The translations under genes were made by a program, and so were the position numbers. DNA of 63,902 nt, the filler included, from Welwitschia mirabilis (Eukaryota): the NCBI GenBank assembly GCA_051453625.1. It is 7 parts of one record of this genome, joined end to end, with 100 filler letters (N's around TTAATTAATTAA, not from the genome) between each part and the next. Parts side by side here need not be neighbours in the genome. Positions count along the whole stretch, not along the records: positions 31,399 to 54,635 come from JBOZIK010000001.1; positions 54,736 to 58,937 come from JBOZIK010000001.1; positions 59,038 to 62,747 come from JBOZIK010000001.1; 4 more parts are not named here. One strand, given 5' to 3'. Positions 51,748 through 62,847 of the stretch are shown piece after piece. The notes beneath the pieces are model-generated. The model was not told the origin of the DNA. It did not search any database and saw nothing but the letters and a program-made list of their open reading frames with translations. The first letter of the stretch is position 1, and each line of letters starts with the position of its first letter.

Positions 51748-54635
51748 TATTGCAATGCGAATTTATAGGAATTTTATGGTGTATGTTGAGTGCTTTTATA
51801 GGACTTTATATAGGTTTGAATGCAATACTGATGATTATGGAGAACAGATAAGATAATCACTAAAACATGTGATTCTTAGCATATTTGGAGGCTTCTCAGG
51901 CTTATTTTAATACTTCATACTTTAGAAGAAGAATATAGTGTGTAGAAGACTAATTTATCTTTGAGTTTGAAGATGAGGAAGCTTATCGTCACCTCTACCA
52001 TTCACATGACAAGTAGGACGACAGCACTACTAACTTAAATAGAAGTTATCGGGTTGACAGTTAGGCCTAAAGCTAATGGAGCATATTTTAATGTAGAGTA
52101 ACATCCCCTTCATTTTCCCCATGAGAGACAGAATAATAGATATTGTCTATGATGAAAAGAATTATTTTTGTAATGGGGTCATCTGACCCATTTGAGCTAC
52201 TAGGGTTTCTTCTCCGATTTTTAGGGTTAAGCTTCTTAAACTTCAATTTAAAACTATAAATACCCTATCTTTTCTTTAATTTTATTCCCATATTTTATAT
52301 GCAATGTTCTTGTGATAGAAGATCAAAGAATAAAGGTCCATCCAATAGCTATAGAGAGAAGTCACCTTAGTGTTGGACTGAGTATACTCCATTAATAAGC
52401 TGCTAGTTTGTTGTAAGTGGATGTAAAAGTTCTATGATTAATTCAAATATTCTTTTCACTACAATTGTGTTTATGTTCCTTATGGTTTAAGTTGGTTATA
52501 ATTTAGTGATAATTCTATAATTTATTTAGATCATAAGGGCAATCTTTATTAAGGTTGATTCTATTAGTTTAGATTTGCATTGATATTTTATTCCAATTTC
52601 ATATTGAATTTTATATCCTATTTGGTATATTTCATAGTCCACATTGGTTAGAAATAAGTGATGAACTCTTCTTAATTGATTTAAATTATACAGAGCTAGT
52701 TCTTATGATAAAAGAATTAGGATCCAAATAGAATTCATTTCATTTTAATTTTCATGTAGTGCATTCCATCTTCATTCACCATTGCATTGCATTTTACATT
52801 GTTGTTTACTTTCATTTATTTAANNNNNNNNNNNNNNNNNNNNNNNNNNNNNNNNNNNNNNNNNNNNNNNNNNNNNNNNNNNNNNNNNNNNNNNNNNNNN
52901 NNNNNNNNNNNNNNNNNNNNNNNTGCATTCCATCTTCATTCACCATTGCATTGCATTTTACATTGTTGTTTACTTTCATTTATTTAAAGATAAAAGACCA
53001 CATATGCTTTTGGAAATCAATTCTTTAACTCTAAGTCTAATAAATTCATTGGGATTATGACATTTGGATTAAATCTTATCTATACTAATGTGTGTTTTTT
53101 TGCAAGTAAATTGATTTATGAATTTGTCTAAAGGACTTAAAGATTGCATAAATTTACATTGCAACATTTTGGCACCATGACTAGGAAAGTCCATAAGGAT
53201 CTAGAGGATTATCACTATCTAGATAAGTACATCGAATTTATGTCAAGTTATTTATTTTAAATAGTGCTATATTTTTAGCATAGCTTTAGTAGATCTATTT
53301 TAGCAATTTTCATTTTCTATAGTTTTTTGGATCTTTATCATCCTCTCTGTTATCCCAACAACACTGGGAATGATAGTTATGAATTTTCAAATAATTTCTT
53401 TTTTACAAATTTTATTTCTATTTTTAAATCGATAATAAAAATACTATTGTCTTACCTATCATCCCAACAATAGATTGGATGAAAATCTAAATTTTTATTT
53501 TAGTAATTTTTCTGAGTTCAGTCTTTTGAGTTCCATTTTCCTATTATTGTGATTGTTATCCTTCCTGTCATTCCCATGACTAGGTGATAGTTTGTTATAT
53601 TTGATTTTAATTTTTATTTGCTATCTGAGCATGTAAGGATATGATAAATTCTAGTAGAAAGATGAAATATCAAAGAGAGTAGAACTTGATTATAAAGACC
53701 ATCAAATAAGAATTATTTAACTTCGAGCATAATCCAAGTATGCACTTAGTATGCAAATTCACAGAATTAAAAAAAAAGATTTTTCTACTTTTATTATTTC
53801 AGAATCATATTTCACAAAATAAAATTATAGTATAGAAGTAAATCATGTTATTTCTTCTTCAAATATGTCAAATATGTTGAAATAATTACAAAAACAAAAG
53901 CAAGTTGCTTTGTCTAGTACTCTTATCATAATAGGAACTTCTACTACGAATGCAAATGTTACTCTTAGAGATTTAATTGCTAATTAAAATGTGAAATCCA
54001 AAATCCTTTTGATTTGTCCCCTAGTAATGATATAGAGTTATGAAATTTAAGTGCATATCTAACTTTTTTAGGGGAACCTGAGAAGAAGCCTTTCCAACAT
54101 TTAGTTAACATTGAACAACTTGTGCTTACATTAGGGAATGGGGAGAAACATATTAGTGATCATACTTATATGATTATTTTTCCTGTCATAGTTAGAGGAA
54201 GGGAAAAAATTTGTCTTAAAACCATTCCACATAAGAGTCCTAAATCATGGAGTCAAGTGCAAGAAGTTTTTATCAAATGATTTTTGAGTGAAAGTTCCAT
54301 GAGAAAAAGAAGAAAGAAAGTAACCAACTTTTAACAACAACCTTATGATAATTATGCTATGGCTTATGAACATTTTATTATAGCTATCCATTACAACCCT
54401 ATTGATAAATTCCATAAGGAAGAGTTAGTTTATTATAGTGGATTAAATTACCAAACTAAACAACTTGTAGACATTTTTAGTGGAGGAAAATTATTGAACT
54501 TATTCTTACAAGAATTATGGAGTGTGTTAGAAAACCTAGTAGAAACAACTCAAACTTAGCCTAAAACCACTAGATAAAATTGAACCATAGGATAAATCAT
54601 AAAATATTTAAAGAAGGTTAAACATGACAAGGAAG
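51748..54635 (+). mobile_element. Athila-type element 5' part: LTR 51748-53166, PBS-Asp 53170-53187, gag remnant
   Basis: Termini tattgcaatg...cattgcaaca, PBS tggcaccatgactaggaa, and gag motifs FLGEPEKKPFQHL, SWSQVQEVFI and YSGLNYQTKQLVDIFSGG. Confidence 0.85.
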
Positions 54636-54879
54636 NNNNNNNNNNNNNNNNNNNNNNNNNNNNNNNNNNNNNNNNNNNNTTAATTAATTAANNNNNNNNN
54701 NNNNNNNNNNNNNNNNNNNNNNNNNNNNNNNNNNNATATTAAAAACTTAGCTACAAATAAAAAAATGGATTATACCTTGAAAGGCATAAATTCATTTGGA
54801 AGAAGCATAGTATTCTATTTAGTTTGGTGATTTGTGTTAGTTTCATTTAACAAAGATTATTTTGACTTTTTGTAATGTT

Positions 54880-54995
54880 TGCGATCCGAAGCAATCCGTA
54901 ATCCGCTCTGGAGTAATCCGGCGATTCAAGATCTCCTAAACCCAAAAACGATCCGTGATCCGCTCCAATCACTACAAGTATGATTTCAACACTTG
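54880..54995. mobile_element. End of a hAT-like DNA transposon/MITE (ATCCG subterminal repeats)
   Basis: Cluster of gatccg/aatccg motifs ending gatttcaacacttg. The other end is not visible. Confidence 0.45.
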
Positions 54996-55089
54996 TCCAA
55001 TATTTAGAAATGCTCTATGCCTTAGTTGAATGCATAAGAATGTCTTTTTCTTTCAAAAAGTATATGAAAACCCAAACTCTTTTGGCCTT

Positions 55090-55211
55090 TCCAAGTTTCC
55101 GCCCAGTTTTGCCGAGTTTGCTGAGTTTTGCGAGTTTGCCGAGTTTGGCTAACGAGTCCGAGTCCAGGTAGCGAAATGACTTTGGTGCCGAGTCCGAGTT
55201 TCGCAACCACG
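55090..55211. mobile_element. End of a hAT-like DNA transposon/MITE (CCGAGT subterminal repeats) inserted in copia pol
   Basis: Array of gccgagttt/ccgagtcc motifs ending gagtttcgcaaccacg. Copia coding sequence resumes abruptly at 55212. Confidence 0.6.
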
Positions 55212-58200
55212 CTTTAAACGATGGTTTATGGTATCCATTTGATACATCTCTTGATCTTGTTGGGCATACTGACGTAGATTAGGTAAGTTGCTTGGATGAT
55301 CGAAAGAGCACAAATAGCCTACTTCTACCTAGGGAATTGTCTCGGGTCTTGGCTAAGAAAGAAACAAGATACTATTTCCTTATCTAGCACCAAAGCTAAG
55401 TACACTACAACAGCAGCTTGCTGTGCTCAATTTCTATGGATGAAACAGATGTTGATCAAAGTTGATAATATTCATTTGTTTTGTGGCAACACCAGTGCTA
55501 TCAACATAACAAAGAATCCACTATCGCATTCGAGAATGAAGCATATCAACATCAGACATCATTTCATCTGAGACCAAATACAAAATCCGATAATTGAATT
55601 AGAATATAGTGGCACTAACAACCAAATTGCAGATATCACAACTAAAAAACTAAATGAAGAGAGGTTCGTATACCTAAGAAATAATCTAGGAATAAGGGCT
55701 TGTCCCTTTTAGATAAGAATTTTCTCACTTACCTATCTAATTTGTACCATCATTGGAAATGAACTTTAATACGCACATTAGTTGAGCCTTGCTTAAGTTT
55801 TTTTGTATCAAAGCTAAGCACATAGCTAGATGTCCCACTCAAGTTCTTCTTTTCTATGCCCTATTATCTGAAAGTACCCTGGGACATCCCATCCAAAATC
55901 CCTAGACGTCCGAACCCTTTTTTTTTCCTGCCTCCTTTGTGTTCACTCTGTGCACAAAGTTGGGCATTTGATTTTTAGAACCTGGACGTCTGGTCCTTAA
56001 CAGCATGATTTTTTTTTGGCATGCCCACACTTCGTCTGAATTACTTATTTGGCCCTCCCTCTTGTTTCAACTCATTTTGCATCTTCTTCCTTGTTGTTTT
56101 CCTCCTCAACCACTTGCCTTGGTGTCTTTCTAATCATCATAGTAAGATCCAATCTTGTTGCTAGGAAAAGTGGAATGGAGCCCACACCTTCCAAAGAAAA
56201 TTGGTTTATTTTGTAGGGGCACAAGAAGTATTGGATAACATTCTTTTTAAAGAGACCATCATCTCCTAAAAGAACAATAGACTATGAATCTTTCAGACAG
56301 AAGAGATGGGTTTAGTACAAATTTAAAGAGTCGGGGTTGAAATACGCATTGGATCCAAAAACAAGTGCGTCGGTGAAAATGGTAAGACTTTTTTATTGCA
56401 ATGGTCATCTTCACAATTACAACAAGAAACTATTCTCTCATGTGTGTGGTAGAGATGCAGAGATAACCTTAGAGACGACTGCTAATGTTACAGGGTTTCC
56501 CAATGAAGGAGCTTTTCATATATTACTTCTGTGCATTCCTTAAAGGAACTAGTTCCTATTGAAACCCTCACCACAAAACTGTGCAGAAAGATGGTTAAGT
56601 GGAAAACAAATATTCCCACCAATCAACTCAAACCATTTTATAAAGTTATATTTCTGTATGTTCTCACAACTTGGTTTCCAAACTCAGTCATAAGGATGAA
56701 ATACCACCGTTGTGTGCATATTTAATGTACTATTTTACATTAGACAGTTCTTTGTGGCTAACGACGCTAGCTTACCATTTGGAGGTCTCGTCATTGCATT
56801 ATTAGTAAATCTAGATTTTAGAGTTGAAAAGATGACAAATTTGTAAGAGTACCACAACCACTTGATGTATCCTCTCTTAAAAAGATGCACATTTCTTCAG
56901 ATTTAGAAGTACCTCCACCTCCGCGACCTAAATCAAAGAGGAAAAGAAGTAAAGAAGGAACAAGTTTTGTAAGAGTATCTAAGAAGGAACTTCTTCAAAC
57001 TATGCTAAGGGTAGAAAGAATATTGGATTGAGTATTTTTTGGCCTGTCAGCTTATAGATTTGATATCCCTTTGGGCTCTGATGAGAAGGAACTAGCAGCA
57101 ACAACAAATTCATTAGATGATGATTCTTTAGATTGAACCCTTTCTCATTTTCTACTCTTCCATCCCTCTGTACCCCTCTTTACTTTTAGTCCCTTCTATC
57201 CTTTTGTGCTATTTCTCGTATCTTGTTGTGTAAAAGGGTATGTCATATACCTAACTTTTAATGCCATAAGAAATTTCTTTTGCTAAATTGTGTATCAATT
57301 TGCTTTTTCAATGATGACAAAGGCAGCGAATTAGGTGGTTCATCCCTCCTTTTTTTTTAATTCTGCTATATATTGTTTTATTTGCTATATACTTGCATTA
57401 TCAATGTCTTCTTATTCTAATTGGTATTACTTAGCACTAGAGATAATTTCTTTTATGTACATTGTTTGGTGGCTTCTCTTTAATGTATATTGTGATATTT
57501 AGTGGCAACCATAACACTTGTTAAGCGAGTTATACATTAGGCATAGGAGCAAAATTGTCAATAATAGAAGCTTTAAAGTTTGAAATACGCTACGATGAGT
57601 ACCCATGTTCTTTGCAATAACAGTTAATTTTTTGATATTTTAATGACTTGCCTTCAATTTTCAATGACTCAAACCTGATGCTACCAATCAAGTAAGCTAG
57701 AATCGAATGGATGACTACCTGCATGTTATGTTTTTACCTTGATTAGATTTGTCCTGTGACGACTATAAATATGTGGTTCATTAGAAGGATATTTTTGGTA
57801 TTTGGAAGTCTTAGTACTTAATTGTATGTATTTCCCAATATTTTTTGTTGAATTGGATTATTCTTGTTGTTCTAATTTGTTTAGGTGTAGACAAGTGGCA
57901 TCTATAACTCTAAATCTTAAAAGGAAGGTTGCACAATAAGGCTTGTAGCACAACCAATGCATGTGCACAAAAGTTGATTGTGTGATACGCTCATTAAAAG
58001 GTATATAAATTTAAGGGGACCATGGCAACTAGTTATCAAGCATCTGGTTCTCTCTATCTTGACTAGCTCCATGAAGGTTGTCATCATTGAAAAGGGGGAG
58101 ATTGTTGAAGCAAATTAAAGGTTGACTTTGAATGATGACCTCTGAACAAGATTAGGCAAATTGCTCAATATGGTCATCCAAATTAACTACAAAGGCATTA

Positions 58201-59233
58201 ACTTGAACTACCAATGGATCATTCTAAGGAGCTTCAAGAGAAGTCCCACAATTCTTCATTGAATACATGCTAGGACGTCCGATCCTTCTTACTAGGATGT
58301 CTAAATCTAAATAGAAATGGAAGAGTACTGAATACAACATGGAACATCCAGATTTGTGAACCCGGATGTCCAGACCTTTTGGCAGCTGATAAGTGGGGAC
58401 GTCTAACTTTTTCAACTAGGACATATGATATTTGTTGAAAAGATTGATCAGGAGCTGGGAAGTCTGAGATAACACTTCGGGATGTCTGAGTAGATAGATG
58501 TCGGGTATGGATCACAGACCAAACTCTCTTCAAATCACGCAGTTCAAGGCCTAAACGATCATCTAAAGTCTCATGTGGCACACCTCCCTAGGCTACGTGG
58601 CAATAATGCTTGAATACAACAGCTAGTTTGTTTCAAAAATATAAATAGCCATGTAATGCAAATTGAGACTATAACTTTTTGAAAAATAGTGAACTGAGTT
58701 GTACTTTGTAAACAAACTTGTTGTACTTACTCATAACCATCATAGATGTGATTAAATTGCTAATGAACTATGCGCTAATAGGCATGATTCCAACGGACCC
58801 GTGTAATATCTTATGTATAAGAAGCTTACTAGGCTAAGCAGTTGTTTTGATTGTAAATCTCTTAAGAGAAGGGTATTGTATCTTTTGCTTTAAGGACTCG
58901 AAGGGAACTACGAGGCTGATAACAGTTGTTGCCCTCTNNNNNNNNNNNNNNNNNNNNNNNNNNNNNNNNNNNNNNNNNNNNTTAATTAATTAANNNNNNN
59001 NNNNNNNNNNNNNNNNNNNNNNNNNNNNNNNNNNNNNAGAGTGGAGTATGCAAAGTTGTCGGCCACTATAAATTGTCTGATGCACTATTTAGTCTTTCCA
59101 CTGCATCTTTTATTCTAGTAATTACAAGTTTAATTGTTGTTCATAATTTGATTTTGATTCTTAAATTGCAAAAGACCCTATTCACACTCCCCCCTCCCCA
59201 CCTTTTCTTCAAGGGTATCTCACAATCCTAACA
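55212..59233 (+). mobile_element. SIRE/Sirevirus element 3' part: RNase H, env-like ORF remnant (~56140-57135), PPTs, 3' LTR 58103-59233
   Basis: GLWYPFDTSLDLVGHTD, SWLRKKQDTISLSSTKAKY, KNPLSHSRMKHINIRHHFI and QIADI. Env-like MVRLFYCN..EITLET..GFPNEG and LPFGGLV. PPT tcatcattgaaaagggggagat|TGTTG, GGACGTCC motifs, end ccctattcacactccccc..ctaaca. Confidence 0.9.
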
Positions 59234-60010
59234 ATTAGGAACATAAATCTAAACCCTTTTACCAACTTTTAAGGGAAATAAAACATGAGGAAGCCCTATC
59301 GCACTTAAGTTTGTACATCTCCTTTTGTAAGATCAATTATTTATAAACTAACAATGAAACATTAATGTTCTTCTCTAATTCCTTAGAAGGAGATTCCTTA
59401 ATGTGTTATTAGTAGTCTCCTAATGGAACTTTCAATATATAGATGAAATTGAAAAGTTCTTTCTTGTCAAAATATCAACTCTTAAGTGTTAAAGAAGATT
59501 TGAGAGATCAAATCATGAACATTAAACAAAAATTAAATGAAAAACTTGATGACTTTTATGACAAGTATCAGATTTTATTGAGAAAATGTCCTAATCATGG
59601 AACTGAGATTAGGGAAAGAACTAGAGCATTTCTAAGAGGTGTTAATAGATCCACTCTAGAAAGTTGGATATGTTGTGCAGGGGAAGTACTAGAAATCAAA
59701 GCTTGACTGTCATTAGTGAAACCATTACACAATGTTATCGAACGAGTTAGGGATGGAATAATAAGGAAGAAGGAGATTTACAAAAGAGAAAAGAAAAAGT
59801 CCATGTTGTAGAAGAAAAAGGAGAACCTATTAACACAAAAATAGACAAAATAGTCACGGATTTAGAATCTTTAGCTCAAAAGGTAGCACAAGCATTGGAA
59901 CTAGATTCTGTGTGTACAGTATATCATTAAGAAGACCATGATGAATTCAATTATCCTTATCGAGAAGAGTTTGTAAAATGGTTAAACATCAATAGGGTTG
60001 ATTTAACAAT
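59234..60010 (+). pseudogene. Gypsy retrotransposon gag remnant (host of two Sirevirus insertions)
   Basis: LPTFKGNKHEEALSHL and ORF 59443-59706 (..IMNIKQKLNEKLDDFYDKYQILLRKCPNHG..FLRG). Confidence 0.8.
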
Positions 60011-62747
60011 TGTTAGAATTTTATATTGCCAATTGATGTCAAACTAATATGATCTTTAAGAATGAAATGTTATTTTACAGATACAAGAAACTGAAGGATC
60101 CATATCCCAAGGTAGTCAAGATTTGGACATGTTGTGATTAAAGTAACTTGATTTTTTGTCCAAGGACTTAAAGTAGGGGTCGACCGAACTTGGAAATACT
60201 GATTTTGGGCTACTTCATGAGGGGTTGACCAAAACTTTAAAGGATTGACCAAACCTAGAAATGCATTTTTGAAGCTTCTCCATATGTATTATGTCATATG
60301 GGGTCGACCGGACTCATGTGGGGTTGACCGAACCTGAAGAAAAGCAATCGACCAGATTTTAGATGGGGGCAACCGGACCAAGTAACGTGAGTAACTTGGG
60401 TCAACCGGATGACAAAGGGGGCGACTGGATCAAGTGACGTGAGCTACTCGGGTCGACTGGATGTTTCGAGGGGTCGACTGGTCAGAGCAGAAGCGAAAAT
60501 TTTCAAACAGTTTTTTAACCGTTATTTCACCAAATCTATCCGTTTCAAATGTCAGATTTCTTCCCAACTATCTAATGGCTATATTTTAGGGAAATCTATT
60601 TAAAGAGGCACCACTCAAAAACCTGGTGTGCTTAAGATCGAACGGATTTTGAAAAAGAAGGTTGCACTCTTGATCTAAGGAGCTTATCTTTGTACCATCA
60701 TTCTTCTTTCACTTAATACATACCTCTATACTAAAACTTAGCAATAAGGCTGCATTGATAATTCTTGCATTTGAGTGACTTTAAAAATAGAGGCTTCATT
60801 CCCTCACTCACCCTTGTGCATTTTATCGAGGTTAAGACTTAGCCTGCAAAAGTCCGTTTTATGAAGGTTTAGACTTAGCATGCAAAAGTCCGGTTTATGA
60901 AAGTTGAGACTTGTCCTAAAAAAGTCCGCTTTATAAGGTTGAAGGTTAGCCTTCAAAACCTGGTGGATAGTGAAGCAACAGAGATCTGGAACAGTTTTGG
61001 TTATTGACTGTCTTCCGAGAGTGGAGTAGGGTGTATCCCGAACCACTATAAATCTTGTCTTCTACATTTTTTTTTTTTTGGTTCTACTTTTAGGTTTGTT
61101 TTGTTATATCTTTTTATATCATAATTTCTCTATTATGTAGTAATAATTATTTAAAATTTTCGGAAGTCCTATTCACCCCTCCCCCCTCTAGGATTCAAGA
61201 TCCTACATTTGGCATCAGAGCTCCCAGTTGAATCAACACTAAGATTTTAATCAATCTTTGACTCAATAACCCTAGCCATGAGATTTATTGTAGAAGGTCT
61301 CTCTATTTTTAAGCTTCCATTGTTTGATGGAACAAACTATGGATATTGGAAGGCTAGAATGAGAATATTCTTAAGATCTCTTGGTGTAGGTTATTAGGAT
61401 ATATTGATCACAGGTTATAGCCACCCTACCACAACTCAAAAGGATGTCAAAGGCAATTCTATAATAGTGTTGAAACCAAAAAATAAATGCACTAAATTAG
61501 ATAAAACTAATGCTACTACTGATGCTCATGCTTTGAATGCAATTTTTTGTGCTATGACTGCAGATGAGTTCAAGAGAATAGTAAACTGCGAGACTACCAA
61601 AGGAGCATGAGATATTCTTACTGTTGCTTATGAAGGGACATCCACTATCAAGCAAGCAAAGATGCAGATGTTTATTACAAAATTTGAAGAGATTAAGATG
61701 GATGAGGAAGATACTCTTCAGGAATTCTTTGCAAGCCTAATGAACATTGTAAACTTGATGGCAAGTCTTGGAGAAAAGATGGAGGAAGCAAAGATAGTAA
61801 GAAAGGTCTTAAGATCCCTTCCCAAGAGATTTGAACCGAAGGTAACGGCGATTGAAGAAAGTAAAGATCTCAGCAAGATGCCACTAGACGAACTACAAGG
61901 TAACCTTCAAACTTATGAGTTAAAATTTTTTAAGAATAGAAAGAAAAGCTTTGCTTTGAAAAGTATGCAGGAAAATATTAAAAGTGATAGGTTAGAAGAT
62001 GAATTAGATGAAGTAGCTTTTTTAGTAAGAAAATTTAAAGCATTTTTATTGAAAAGAAGAGATAGAGAATTCAACAAAAGTTTTAGGCATATGGAAAACA
62101 ATGGTATAAACAATAGGAAACTGAAGGACCTAAAGAGGCCCTGAGTAGTAGCCACTTGGGATAACCTTGAAGAAGATGAAGAAGAAACTCAGATGAAGAA
62201 TCTGAAGAACATAGAACATTATCTCTCATGGCACTTGTGAATCCCACCACTCACTCACCAAAACTTACTAAGCATGATGATTTAGACATGAGTGAAGATG
62301 AAGAAGAAGAGGATGTTGAAGACACATGTCATGAACTATATCAAGAATGTGAAAGACTTGCTGTAAAAGTCAATGAACTAAACAATATCATCAAGGATTT
62401 GAGAAGGGAGCGTGAAGCCTTAAATCAAAGATATAAAGAGATTCAAGAAGAAAACACAAGTCTCATAAGAATTTAAGCCAATCTTCACAAGTCTTAAGTA
62501 GAGTCATAGAAGGATCAAGGGAACTTGAAAAGATGCTTGGATTGTGACAACTTGCATATGACAAAAAGGGTATTGGATTTGAAGGCAACAATACATCAAC
62601 TTCATCCAGTGAGGTAAGTATTAAAGGTATAACATTTTCTACCAGAAATATTACTTGTCATTTTCGTTGTAAATTTGGTCATTCAAAATTTAACTGTCCA
62701 TATAGAAAAAGTATGTATTTTGCAAACATTAATGCATTATCATTTAA
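60011..62747 (+). mobile_element. SIRE element 5' part: LTR 60011-61207, PBS-Met 61210-61221, gag from ATG 61278 (disrupted), truncated by gap
   Basis: TG..CA termini and PBS tggcatcagagc. Gag motifs EGLSIFKLPLFDGTNYGYWKARM, KVLRSLPKRFEPKVTAIEESKDL..ELQGNLQTYE and knuckle CHFRCKFGHSKFNC. DTCHELYQECE matches the gag at ~5190, so it is the same family as 4963-11875. Confidence 0.93.
60830..60960 (+). repeat. ~36-bp tandem repeat (3 full units plus 1 partial) in the SIRE LTR
   Basis: Units of ggttaagacttagcctgcaaaagtccgttttatgaa start at 60830, 60866, 60902 and 60937. Confidence 0.85.
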
Positions 62748-62847
62748 NNNNNNNNNNNNNNNNNNNNNNNNNNNNNNNNNNNNNNNNNNNNTTAATTAAT
62801 TAANNNNNNNNNNNNNNNNNNNNNNNNNNNNNNNNNNNNNNNNNNNN

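Noticed and set aside
55090..55211. Short repeat array and the KLGK-repeat ORF 55015-55206 as CRISPR or a repeat protein
   Set aside because: No constant repeat with unique spacers, no cas genes, and the context is plant nuclear DNA. Better explained as transposon subterminal motifs.
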